From Eledone cirrhosa (Eukaryota): a stretch of 64,000 bases of DNA. Where the stretch lies: contig OZ024740.1 in assembly GCA_964016885.1 (NCBI GenBank), positions 435,736,001-435,800,000 on the forward strand. Reading direction: 5' to 3'. Positions 38,901-51,230 of the stretch are shown piece after piece; the first letter of the stretch is position 1, and the number at the start of each line of letters is the position of its first letter. A model generated the notes under the pieces. The model worked only from the letters and a program-made list of their open reading frames with translations. It was not told the DNA's origin and ran no database searches. Position numbers and translations under genes: made by a program.

Positions 38901-39381
38901 GGTTCAGGAAGTGAAGGGTGGTATAATCTCATTAAGAGTAGGTATCATTAGAGGTGATGCCAAACAGATATTGATGTATAGAAATAAAATGGGGTGGGTG
39001 CAGGTTCTGAAAACAGAACCCTGATGTGTTGTTGGTTACTTTCTGTATGGAAAAACTGATGTATGACTTGAATGCTAAACTTAAGGTTTTCACCATATAG
39101 TTGTTGTTTAGCCGCAAGTAAACCTTAATTGAACAGACTTGTGATCAAAGGGGTTCCAGCAATGACCCCTGTATTTTTAGGTATATCTAGGACATTTCTC
39201 ATTCTACCCTTTTTTCTTCTTATTTAAAAAAAATGACCATAAGGTGTGATTTAAAATTGAATTGACTGTTATTTCTAACATGTCAAACACCAGTGTAGGA
39301 GCTCCTTCAGTGTTACATGCTACTCTTTTGTCCTTTCCTTAAGCAACGACAATGAAAAAATACTAATTTATTGTGGATTAT

Positions 39382-39387
39382 GTACTA

Positions 39388-39427
<40 letters not shown>

Positions 39428-39540
39428 TCACCAACACTACTACTACTACTACTACTACCACCAACACTATCACTACTACTACTACTACTACCACCAACAC
39501 TACTATCACTACCACTACCATTACTACCACTCTACTACTA
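39382..39540. repeat. (ACT)n/(ACC)n microsatellite
   Basis: Direct reading. Confidence 0.9.
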
Positions 39541-39599
39541 CTCAATTTATTAAATCTGTATCAGCTGGTGACATTCTGGATATTGACTTATATACTAAT

Positions 39600-42500
39600 A
39601 TATGTATATATATATATATAAATCTGGGGATGTGTGTGTTAAGGTTTGTAACAGATTCACGTCCACAATTTCCAACGGATTCTATTCAAAGTCGGGACAA
39701 TTATTGCTTTTGGTCAGGAAAAGGTCATGAAGCAAACAAATTTCAAATCCATCAACAATAAGGGCAAAATCGATCATGATCATTCCCCCTCTCTATAATT
39801 TAACTGCTTTACTCTCTGTTGCTCTTCACTCCCTATATGACAACACTGCAGAGAGAGAAACAATGTTTATGATCAAATGGAGCGTTCCGTATATTCCCTC
39901 TCTATATAATTTAACTGCTTTACTCTCTCTGTTGCTCTTCACTCCCTATATGACAACACTGCAGTGGAGCGTTCCGTATTGAGCGTTCCGTATTGGCATA
40001 CGGCTTATCTGGGGCATTTTCAATCGTCTTATTGCAAATAACAACCCGCAAAATAACACTTCATATAACAGATTAATGCTATAGACATATGAATCGGAAT
40101 GTAACTCGTGAACTTTTTCCTGGGTAAAATTATTCGAACAGACATGACCTCATTGCCAGAGTGTTCAGACTGAAACTGGCTAAACTCATGGCTTTAATAA
40201 AAAAGGGTCAGGTATTTTGGGCTGTAAAATGTGACATATTCACCGTCGAATGGCAAAAACGAGGGCTGCCACATGCTCACATTTTGATTTGGTTAGCTGA
40301 TAAAATCAATTCAAATGCCATAGACAGCTTCATTTCGGCTGAAATCCATAACCCAGCAACTGACCAGGAATTACATGACATCGTCAAAGCTAACATGGTC
40401 CATGTGCGTCGGGTCCTAATGAGCATCACACGTGTCTGAAAGGGGGGTCGTGCAGTAAGGGATACCCAAAAAAATTTATTGACTAGACTCAGACTGGTGG
40501 CGACGGGTACCCCCTGTAAACAGTAAAGGGAGGTCAAGTCGACAATAGATGGGTGGTCCCGTACTGCCCGCTTCTCTTGGAGATGTTCAACGCCCACATC
40601 AACGTTGAGTTTTGCAACTCCGTCAAGTCTATAAAATACATATGCAAATATGTAAATAAGGGCTCCGATGAGGTCACAGAATACCTGGCGGGGCGGTACA
40701 TCAGTAGCAATGAAGCTTTTTGGCGCCTATTTGGTTTACCCCCACACCAACGTCACCATGTCATCGTACAGCTTGCGGTACATTTGGAAAATGGGCAAAG
40801 GGTTTACTTTACGGACCAAACCGCCGCCAAGTTGGCCGCCGATCCGAAAGAGACCACTCTGACGGATTTCTTCAAACTTTGCCAGTTAGATTCATTTGTG
40901 CAAACAACTGTGTACCCCCAGGTTCCATCCGACTTTATATGGTCGAAAAACACTTGGGTGCGAAGAAAGTCATGTCAGGCTGTTGAAAGACATCCTGGTG
41001 TAAAATTTGACAGCTGTCTTGGAAGGGTTTACACTGTGCCCCCATGTCAGCATGAGAGCTTTCATCTCCGCCTTCTTCTGCATGAAGTTGTAGGCCCACA
41101 AAGTTTTCAGGACCTCAAAACTGTTGATGGAGAAATATGTGATACGTACCGGTAAGCCTGCTTTAAGCGTGGTCTTTTGGAAGATGATTCGCAATGGGAT
41201 TCCACTTTAGCAGAGGGTGCTTTGTTGAAATCACCTAAAGGTCTACGGGAACTCTTTGACATTTTGCTTCAAAAGTGTGAATTGGGTGATCCCAAATCTT
41301 TATGGGTCAAGTACAGAGACTTCATGTCTGAGGACTTCCTGCGCCTGGCTCATCTTCAGTATACTTCAGTGGAAGCTGGTTACAGCGACATTATCTACAA
41401 CAGGGCACTCATTGATATCGAGGACGCCCTCCTCGACATGGGTGGGAGTGAGTTGGCGACGTATGGCTTGCCGTCAACCATCAGAGAGGAAGCTAACACG
41501 TTGGCCCCGGATTTGTTGCGGGAAACAGCATATGACATCGAATCTCTTTCCCAATACTTAGAGGAAAATGAGCCCAAACTTCTGTCGGACCAAAGGTTGG
41601 CCTATTTAACTATCATTGATGCGGTTCAAAATTAGACTGGGGGTATTTACTTTCTCGATGCTCCTGGGGGTACCAGAAAAACTTTTGTAACAAAATTGAT
41701 TCTCGCTAAGATTCGTCAGGAGAAAAAAATTGCGTTGACCGTTGCATCATCCGGGATCGCTGCTACTTTGCTGCCGGGAGGCAGGACAGCACATTCAACC
41801 TTTAAACTCCCTTTGGATTTAGTAAAAACTGAGACACCAAGATGCAATATCAGCAAGAGTTCACACAAAGCTCTGGTTCTCAAAAAATGTTGTCTCATTG
41901 TTTGGGATTAGTGCACAATGGCACACAAGGGTGCCCTTGAGGCATTGGACAGGACCCTGAAAGACATTAGGGATTCTACGGCTCCTATGGGTGGCATAAC
42001 CCTTCTGTTATCAGGGGATTTTCAGCAAATGCTGCCTGTCATCCCCAAAGGGACAAGATCTGATGAAGTGCGTGCCATTTTGTGGCTCCAGGTGAAGAGT
42101 TTGTACCTGAGCACAAATATGCGTGCTCATTTGCATGGTGACATGTCTGCAGCTTTTGCTCAGAACATTTTAGCACTTGGTGAGGCCAAGGTCCCTGCGG
42201 ATGACAAGGGCGGCATAACAATCGATTCCCTGTGCAACATTGTGAGCAGCCCTTCTGACCTTTGGGAAGCAGTTTTTCCTAATGTGTCATCTAACTTTAA
42301 AAACCTCGATTGGCTCAACGAAAGAGCCATCCTTGCTCCAAAAAATACCATGGTTAATTCTATTAACGAGCAGCTGATTGAGAAGATTCCTGGTAAAGAG
42401 CACATCTTCAAATCTATCGACTGGACGTCAGACCCCGACGATATCGTTAATTATCCGGTTGAGTTATTAAATTCCCTTGAGCCCCCAGGGCTCCCACCTC

Positions 42501-43241
42501 ACATTCTTAAGCTTAGGGTTGGCTGTTCCATTATGCTAATAAGGAACTTGCGCCCACCAAAGCAGTGCAATGGTACTCGCATGGTCGTCAAGTCACTGAC
42601 GCCCCACTTGATTGAGGCCACCATTGTAACGGGGTGCGAGAGAGGGGATAATGTTTTCATTCCAAGGATGAACCTTTTCCCCTCGGCGTCAGATATCCCG
42701 TTCGATTTCCGGCGATCCCAATTCCCGGTGAGACCATGTTTTGCCATGTCCATTAACAAGTCACAAGGGCAAACATTGTCGGTGGCGGGCATCCATTTGG
42801 GGGAGCCATGCTTCTCCCATGGCTAACTTTATGTTGCCTGTTCCGGCGTAGAGAGCAGGAATGGACATTTTGTTTACACTCCTCAAGGGATGACACGCAA
42901 TATCATCTACAAAGAGGTGCTATAGATGTTGGTGCAGGTGTTGGAGGTGTTGGAGCTATGCCGTCTGGAAAACTGGTAGGGTCACCCATGGCAGACAGAT
43001 CTGACACCCAGCAGCATCAGGGCCACCATCTTGCAACTTTGGTCTACTAAATTTGCTATTGGAAGATTATTAACCCATCATTGATTGTCTAAAATGCTAA
43101 TTGGTTCGTAACGTTTAATAACCGGTTCAACTGCTTTATGCACTTAATTGATAAGCTTATTCGCTTTCAAGCCACGTTTACCTGTATGTAACTTTTCATA
43201 GCAAATGAACAAACCCGAGCAACGCCGGGCTAAACTGCTAG
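39600..43241 (+). mobile_element. Helitron, internally deleted and decayed; 5' boundary approximate
   Basis: 3' hairpin cccgagcaacgccggg (43214-43229), CTAG terminus (43238-43241) followed by T, and RepHel remnants. Confidence 0.88.
40110..42925 (+). pseudogene. Helitron Rep (HUH/Y2)-Pif1 helicase remnant
   Basis: VEWQKRGLPHAHILIW, KYICKYVNKG, LAVHLENGQRVYF, DAPGGTRKTF (Walker A altered), ASSGIAATLL..RTAHS, GDFQQMLPV, QFPVRPCFAMSINKSQGQTL. In-frame stops at ~41153, 41633, 41909 and 42824. Confidence 0.9.
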
Positions 43242-43251
43242 TATATAATAA

Positions 43252-43442
43252 TAATTGTTTCTACTTTTGGTACAAGGCCAGCAATCACCCAGTGCATTAC
43301 TGGTACTTTATTTTATCTACCCCGTAAGGATGAAAAGCAAAGTTAACCTCGGCGGGATTTGAACTCAGAATGGCAAGGGCCGAAACTCTATGCATTAAAG
43401 CATGGCGTCCGACCCTCTACCAATACTACCAATTCACAGCCC
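43252..43442 (-). mobile_element. Meta-like SINE copy next to the Helitron 3' end
   Basis: Reverse complement of 38191-38380. Confidence 0.75.
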
Positions 43443-43447
43443 TTCAC

Positions 43448-43617
43448 ACAATTTTACAATTTGGTTTTGTAGATCTAGTAAGTTGTTTGTTAACTTTGGT
43501 GGGATGATTCCTGGAGAACTTTCAAATTCGTCAGTGGCAATTGTCAAACTGACAAGTTAATCCCACCGAAGTTAACAAAGAACTTACTAGATCTACAAAA
43601 CCAAATTGTAAAATTGT
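43448..43617. repeat. Inverted repeat with ~57 bp arms and a ~56 bp spacer
   Basis: acaattttacaatttggttttgtagatctagtaagtt..ggtggga / tcccacc..aacttactagatctacaaaaccaaattgtaaaattgt. Confidence 0.85.
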
Positions 43618-43689
43618 AATATTGTAATAAAATTAAATTGTTTAGAACTACAAGTGAAGTCATTCTTTTCCTTTTTTTCAAATATATGT

Positions 43690-43998
43690 GGGGGCACATG
43701 GCTTAGTGGTTAGAGCATTGGCCTTGCAATCGAAAGGTTGTGAGTTCAATTCTCAGACTGGGTGATGTGTTGTTTCCCTATCATTCCACCGCAAAGTGGT
43801 CATGGAGGTGCCACGGCAAAAAAAAAAAGCACCCAGCCCACACTGTAAAGTGGACATGTAGGCGCCATGGATAAAAAGCACCCAGCACTCACTGTAAATG
43901 AGGTTGGTGTTAGGAAGGGCATCCAGCTGTAGAAATCAAGCCAGAATCAGTTCCCATCCCACCCTTGCAAGCAGGGAAAAGCGGACGTAAAATGATGA
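43690..43998 (+). mobile_element. tRNA-derived SINE with an RTE family A tail (same family as 27295-27637)
   Basis: ggcacatggcttagtggttagagcattgg..gagttcaattctc..gttaggaagggcatccagc..cccacccttgcaagcagggaaaagcggacgtaaaatgat. Confidence 0.82.
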
Positions 43999-44024
43999 TA
44001 TATATGTGTATCCATTCCTGGACC

Positions 44025-44220
44025 CCAGTGGTGTGTTGTCCTTGAACAAGACACTTTATTTCATGTTGCTCCAGCCCACTGTGTCCTTGAACAAGACACT
44101 TTATTTCACGTTGCTCCAGTCCACTGTGTCCTTGAACAAGACACTTTATTTCATGTTGCTCCAGTCCACTGTCCTTGAGCAAGACACTTTATTTCACATT
44201 GCTCCAGTTCACTCAGCTGT
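44025..44220 (+). repeat. Four tandem ~45-bp copies of a SINE CORE-like segment
   Basis: gtgtccttgaacaagacactttatttcatgttgctccagtccact, 4 copies. Confidence 0.8.
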
Positions 44221-44396
44221 AGAGTTGTGAAGTCACTGGTATCAAGCTGTATTGGCCATTATTTTCCTTGGACAGCATGATATATAGTGTATATATTGTG
44301 TATATAGTGTATAATACTGTATATAGAGTGTATATATGAGTTGTGACTGGTGTCAATCTGTATCAGCCATTGTTTTTCCCTTTGACAACAGCGGTG

Positions 44397-47300
44397 GCAT
44401 GGAGAGGGGAGTTTGGTATGGCTGGAGAGGGGAGTTTGGTATGGCTGGAGAGGGGAGTTTGGTATGGCTGGAGAAGGGAGTTTGGTATGACTGGAGAGGG
44501 GAGTTTGGTATGGCTGGAGAGGGGAGTTTGGTATGGCTGGAGAAGGGAGTTTGGTATGGCTGGAGAATGGAGTTTGGTATGGCTGGAGAGGGGAGTTTGG
44601 TATGGCTGGAGAGGGGAGTTTGGTATGGCTGGAGAGGGGAGTTTGGTATGGCTGGAGAGGGGAGTTTGGTATGGCTGGAGAAGGGAGTTTGGTATGGCTG
44701 GAGAAGAGAGTTTGGTATGGCTGGAGAGGGGAGTTTGGTATGGCTGGAGAATGGAGTTTGGTATGGCTGGAGAGGGGAGTTTGGTATGGCTGGAGAGGGG
44801 AGTTTGGTATGGCTGGAGAAGGGAGTTTGGTATGGTTGGAGAAGAGAGTTTGGTATGGCTGGAGAGGGGAGTTTGGTATGGCTGGAGAATGGAGTTTGGT
44901 ATGGCTGGAGAGGGGAGTTTGGTATGGCTGGAGAGGGGAGTTTGGTATGGCTGGAGAAGGGAGTTTGGTATGGCTGGAGAAGGGAGTTTGGTATGGCTGG
45001 AGAGGGGAGTTTGGTATGGCTGGAGAAGAGAGTTTGGTATGGCTGGAGAGGGGAGTTTGGTATGGCTGGAGAGGGGAGTTTGGTATGGCTGGAGAGGGGA
45101 GTTTGGTATGGCTGGAGAAGAGAGTTTGGTATGGCTGGAGAGGGGAGTTTGGTATGGCTGGAGAATGGAGTTTGGTATGGCTGGAGAATGGAGTTTGGTA
45201 TGGCTGGAGAGGGGAGTTTGGTATGGCTGGAGAGGGGAGTTTGGTATGGCTGGAGAAGAGAGTTTGGTATGGCTGGAGAGGGGAGTTTGGTATGGCTGGA
45301 GAGGGGAGTTTGGTATGGCTGGAGAGGGGAGTTTGGTATGGCTGGAGAGGGAGTTTGGTATGGCTGGAGAGGGGAGTTTGGTATGGCTGGAGAGGGGAGT
45401 TTGGTATGGCTGGAGAAGGGAGTTTGGTATGGCTGGAGAGGGGAGTTTGGTATGGCTGGAGAATGGAGTTTGGTATGGCTGGAGAATGGAGTTTGGTATG
45501 GCTGGAGAGGGGAGTTTGGTATGGCTGGAGAATGGAGTTTGGTATGGCTGGAGAATGGAGTTTGGTATGGCTGGAGAGGGGAGTTTGGTATGGCTGGAGA
45601 ATGGAGTTTGGTATGGCTGGAGAGGGGAGTTTGGTATGGCTGGAGAAGGGAGTTTGGTATGGCTGGAGAGGGGAGTTTGGTATGGCTGGAGAATGGAGTT
45701 TGGTATGGCTGGAGAGGGGAGTTTGGTATGGCTGGAGAAGGGAGTTTGGTATGGCTGGAGAAGAGAGTTTGGTATGGCTGGAGAGGGGAGTTTGGTATGG
45801 CTGGAGAATGGAGTTTGGTATGGCTGGAGAGGGGAGTTTGGTATGGCTGGAGAGGGGAGTTTGGTATGGCTGGAGAAGGGAGTTTGGTATGGCTGGAGAA
45901 GGGAGTTTGGTATGGCTGGAGAGGGGAGTTTGGTATGGCTGGAGAAGAGAGTTTGGTATGGCTGGAGAGGGGAGTTTGGTATGGCTGGAGAATGGAGTTT
46001 GGTATGGCTGGAGAATGGAGTTTGGTATGGCTGGAGAAGAGAGTTTGGTATGGCTGGAGAGGGGAGTTTGGTATGGCTGGAGAAGGGAGTTTGGTATGGC
46101 TGGAGAAGGGAGTTTGGTATGGCTGGAGAATGGAGTTTGGTATGGCTGGAGAGGGGAGTTTGGTATGGCTGGAGAATGGAGTTTGGTATGGCTGGAGAGG
46201 GGAGTTTGGTATGGCTGGAGAAGGGAGTTTGGTATGGCTGGAGAAGAGAGTTTGGTATGGCTGGAGAAGGGAGTTTGGTATGGCTGGAGAAGGGAGTTTG
46301 GTATGGCTGGAGAGGGGAGTTTGGTATGGCTGGAGAATGGAGTTTGGTATGGCTGGAGAGGGGAGTTTGGTATGGCTGGAGAATGGAGTTTGGTATGGCT
46401 GGAGAAGAGAGTTTGGTATGGCTGGAGAAGGGAGTTTGGTATGGCTGGAGAAGGGAGTTTGGTATGGCTGGAGAGGGGAGTTTGGTATGGCTGGAGAAGG
46501 GAGTTTGGTATGGCTGGAGAAGAGAGTTTGGTATGGCTGGAGAGGGGAGTTTGGTATGGCTGGAGAGGGGAGTTTGGTATGGCTGGAGAATGGAGTTTGG
46601 TATGGCTGGAGAATGGAGTTTGGTATGGCTGGAGAGGGGAGTTTGGTATGGCTGGAGAATGGAGTTTGGTATGGCTGGAGAATGGAGTTTGGTATGGCTG
46701 GAGAGGGGAGTTTGGTATGGCTGGAGAATGGAGTTTGGTATGGCTGGAGAGGGGAGTTTGGTATGGCTGGAGAAGGGAGTTTGGTATGGCTGGAGAAGAG
46801 AGTTTGGTATGGCTGGAGAGGGGAGTTTGGTATGGCTGGAGAATGGAGTTTGGTATGGCTGGAGAGGGGAGTTTGGTATGGCTGGAGAGGGGAGTTTGGT
46901 ATGGCTGGAGAAGGGAGTTTGGTATGGCTGGAGAAGGGAGTTTGGTATGGCTGGAGAGGGGAGTTTGGTATGGCTGGAGAAGAGAGTTTGGTATGGCTGG
47001 AGAGGGGAGTTTGGTATGGCTGGAGAATGGAGTTTGGTATGGCTGGAGAATGGAGTTTGGTATGGCTGGAGAGGGGAGTTTGGTATGGCTGGAGAGGGGA
47101 GTTTGGTATGGCTGGAGAAGAGAGTTTGGTATGGCTGGAGAGGGGAGTTTGGTATGGCTGGAGAGGGGAGTTTGGTATGGCTGGAGAAGGGAGTTTGGTA
47201 TGGCTGGAGAGGGGAGTTTGGTATGGCTGGAGAAGGGAGTTTGGTATGGCTGGAGAGGGGAGTTTGGTATGGCTGGAGAATGGAGTTTGGTATGGCTGGA

Positions 47301-49250
47301 GAGGGGAGTTTGGTATGGCTGGAGAATGGAGTTTGGTATGGCTGGAGAGGGGAGTTTGGTATGGCTGGAGAGGGGAGTTTGGTATGGCTGGAGAAGGGAG
47401 TTTGGTATGGCTGGAGAGGGGAGTTTGGTATGGCTGGAGAGGGGAGTTTGGTATGGCTGGAGAAGGGAGTTTGGTATGGCTGGAGAATGGAGTTTGGTAT
47501 GGCTGGAGAGGGGAGTTTGGTATGGCTGGAGAAGGGAGTTTGGTATGGCTGGAGAAGGGAGTTTGGTATGGCTGGAGAATGGAGTTTGGTATGGCTGGAG
47601 AAGAGAGTTTGGTATGGCTGGAGAATGGAGTTTGGTATGGCTGGAGAGGGGAGTTTGGTATGGCTGGAGAATGGAGTTTGGTATGGCTGGAGAGGGGAGT
47701 TTGGTATGGCTGGAGAAGGGAGTTTGGTATGGCTGGAGAAGAGAGTTTGGTATGGCTGGAGAGGGGAGTTTGGTATGGCTGGAGAAGAGAGTTTGGTATG
47801 GCTGGAGAAGGGAGTTTGGTATGGCTGGAGAGGGGAGTTTGGTATGGCTGGAGAGGGGAGTTTGGTATGGCTGGTGAATGGAGTTTGGTATGGCTGGAGA
47901 ATGGAGTTTGGTATGGCTGGAGAGGGGAGTTTGGTATGGCTGGAGAAGGGAGTTTGGTATGGCTGGAGAGGGGAGTTTGGTATGGCTGGAGAAGAGAGTT
48001 TGGTATGGCTGGAGAGGGGAGTTTGGTATGGCTGGAGAAGAGAGTTTGGTATGGCTGGAGAAGGGAGTTTGGTATGGCTGGAGAGGGGAGTTTGGTATGG
48101 CTGGAGAGGGGAGTTTGGTATGGCTGGAGAAGGGAGTTTGGTATGGCTGGAGAGGGGAGTTTGGTATGGCTGGAGAAGAGAGTTTGGTATGGCTGGAGAG
48201 GGGAGTTTGGTATGGCTGGAGAATGGAGTTTGGTATGGCTGGAGAATGGAATTTGGTATGGCTGGAGAGGGGAGTTTGGTATGGCTGGAGAAGGGAGTTT
48301 GGTATGGCTGGAGAAGAGAGTTTGGTATGGCTGGAGAGGGGAGTTTGGTATGGCTGGAGAAGAGAGTTTGGTATGGCTGGAGAAGGGAGTTTGGTATGGC
48401 TGGAGAAGAGAGTTTGGTATGGCTGGAGAAGGGAGTTTGGTATGGCTGGAGAAGGGAGTTTGGTATGGCTGGAGAGGGGAGTTTGGTATGGCTGGAGAAG
48501 GGAGTTTGGTATGGCTGGAGAGGGGAGTTTGGTATGGCTGGAGAAGGGAGTTTGGTATGGCTGGAGAAGAGAGTTTGGTATGGCTGGAGAGGGGAGTTTG
48601 GTATGGCTGGAGAAGAGAGTTTGGTATGGCTGGAGAAGGGAGTTTGGTATGGCTGGAGAAGGGAGTTTGGTATGGCTGGAGAAGGGAGTTTGGTATGGCT
48701 GGAGAAGGGAGTTTGGTATGGCTGGAGAGGGGAGTTTGGTATGGCTGGAGAAGAGAGTTTGGTATGGCTGGAGAAGGGAGTTTGGTATGGCTGGAGAAGA
48801 GAGTTTGGTATGGCTGGAGAAGGGAGTTTGGTATGGCTGGAGAGGGGAGTTTGGTATGGCTGGAGAGGGGAGTTTGGTATGGCTGGAGAAGGGAGTTTGG
48901 TATGGCTGGAGAAGAGAGTTTGGTATGGCTGGAGAAGGGAGTTTGGTATGGCTGGAGAAGAGAGTTTGGTATGGCTGGAGAAGGGAGTTTGGTATGGCTG
49001 GAGAGGGGAGTTTGGTATGGCTGGAGAGGGGAGTTTGGTATGGCTGGAGAAGGGAGTTTGGTATGGCTGGAGAAGGGAGTTTGGTATGGCTGGAGAGGGG
49101 AGTTTGGTATGGCTGGAGAAGGGAGTTTGGTATGGCTGGAGAAGAGAGTTTGGTATGGCTGGAGAAGGGAGTTTGGTATGGCTGGAGAGGGGAGTTTGGT
49201 ATGGCTGGAGAGGGGAGTTTGGTATGGCTGGAGAAGGGAGTTTGGTATGG
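44397..49250. repeat. 23-bp minisatellite, ~210 copies: GGCTGGAGA[GGG/AGG/ATG/AGA]GAGTTTGGTAT
   Basis: Direct reading. The unit has no stop codon on either strand, which explains the ~1600-aa ORFs. Confidence 0.97.
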
Positions 49251-50224
49251 CCGACTGCTGGTTTTCCACAATCTTGCCTTGACTTGTGCCTCACAGGTGA
49301 ACTTTCAAGGTGTAAATCTCATGGTCATTAGTGACCATAGCTGGTCTCTACCTTTACTGCTAGTACAACTACCACTGCTAACACCACAACTATCACTCCT
49401 ACTACTACTACCTATAGCATTAGCACAAGTATTATTACCACTGGTAGAAACAAGTATTACCACCACCACTACTACAACCCTTTCTGTTACTACTGCCCCA
49501 CACTATTAGAACAACACTTTAGTCTATGCTGACTACTAATCCACCAGCTAGAGTAGATTTGTTTTACTACTTGTGTGCATGTATAGTTTATGTGAACACA
49601 CACACAGCCACACACAACTTATACATGCACACACAGACACCAACACAACTTATATACAGACACAGACACAGTTTACAGAGAGAGAGAGGGAAGGAGAGAC
49701 ACCCTCACGTACACACCACCACCACTACTAGCTACACAGTTAAGAAGCTATTTGTACGATGAACAGTTAACTTTTGATGCTGTTCTTATAAAGCTAGAGT
49801 TCTCTTGTTGCTGACAGTTCTACCAGTTCCAATGTGAGGATTTTACCATTTCTAATGGCAGAATATAATACAAGTTCATTATTTGGAGCAGGGCAAGTAC
49901 TACAGGAAATTATTTTCCACCCACCTCACACCGCCATCCTCATTCCTACCCCTTCTTTTCTCCCTCTATCACAATAACACTAATCATTTTCTGCAGCTAT
50001 GTGGTTACTCGACCTGTTAGAAATAGCAGCCAAATCTCATCTATATAACATACTCTACTGTTTTAAACAAGAAATGTGATTTTATATTCTTCAAAAAAGT
50101 CATTATTGTTGCAGCTGTAATGTCCTTGATCAGGGGTCTGCTTGATCATGGATGACCCTGGGCTAAACAACATTTAAGTCTATATTTCAGCTGGCAATTG
50201 CAATATCAAGGCTGCTTCGTTAGT

Positions 50225-50480
50225 GGAGATGTGTGGCCTAGTGGTGTGTTGGACTTAGTCATAATGTTGTGGGTTTCATTCCTCGACTGGACTGTATTGT
50301 GTTCTTGAGCAAAACACTTCATTTCATGTTGCTCCAGTATACTCAGCTGAAAATGTGTGCCAGTAAAAGCTAAGGGTTTAAGCCTGCGAAAGACTGGTGT
50401 CCTGTCCAGGAGGGAGTCTTGTACTCTCAGTTGCTTCACGCCACAGAAACCAGAATAAGCACCGGCTTGATGAACGTCCC
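50225..50480 (+). mobile_element. tRNA-derived CORE-like SINE
   Basis: gtgtggcctagtgg..gtgttcttgagcaaaacacttcatttc..gactggtgtcctgtccagg. Copies at 57008-57270 (+) and ~57665-57900 (-). Confidence 0.7.
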
Positions 50481-50610
50481 GAGACTTGGTTTGTTGTTGT
50501 TTAAGTCCCAGGTCTGCCCTGATGGAGCAGACATTCCAACTTACTTTATCTACCACTTTTCTTCATTTTTACACTTATCTTCTATTCAGTATGCTCTCAG
50601 TCCTTTTTAA

Positions 50611-50828
50611 CCCTTTAACATTTAAACCAGCCATATCTGGCCAGAATTTTCTTTCCTATTTCTGTTCAAACTGGCTGTAACTGGCCACTCATACTGATGT
50701 TAAGGTATTGTTTTTAAAATAAATGATATCAAAACTTCATAGATTCAATATTGTGAGATAATTATGTGAGGTAAGCCTTGACCCCCAAAATACAATGGTA
50801 AATATAGATTAATGTAAATGCTAAAGAG
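50611..50828. mobile_element. piggyBac-like MITE, copy 2
   Basis: TTAA|ccctttaacattt...aaatgctaaagag|TTAA, similar to 33001-33217. Confidence 0.7.
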
Positions 50829-51230
50829 TTAAAAGATGGTAGGGTGTTACTTAAGGGGAAATTTGTCTCCTATTTCATATGACCTAGTTGTTGTTTACCT
50901 CCAGGTCAGCTTTCATGAAGCAAGCAGGCCTATTATTATTGTTGTTGTTATTATGAGACTCTCTCTGGTTGTTGCCATTCACCTAAACAAGGTCAGAGGT
51001 CAGTTACAAGGACCCAGGTTGACAAACATGGGTCCTATGATGAAAAGCATTCCTGCCATGACCATCCCATCTTTTCAGGTGTAGTTCATCTTAGACTACA
51101 ATATCTAATAACATGTCCTTCTCTGTGGTGAGGTGAGTTGAGAGATTTAGCTGTTATCTCTAGCAGTGACCACTGACTGGTGGTAGTTGTATATTTTGGT
51201 GACTGTAATGTGCTGTTTTGTATTGAGGGG

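Noticed and set aside
43690-43760. tRNA gene (also 27570-27637 and 57008-57075)
   Set aside because: It has A and B boxes but no complete cloverleaf, and it continues into a SINE body and LINE tail.
44397-49250. CRISPR-like array (constant repeat plus variable part)
   Set aside because: The variable part is only 3 nt with four recurring states. There are no unique spacers or cas genes, and the context is eukaryotic.
44259-49509. Very long ORFs (up to ~1670 aa) in all six frames
   Set aside because: They follow from a stop-free 23-bp tandem unit, so every frame gives the same repeating peptide. There is no domain or codon evidence.
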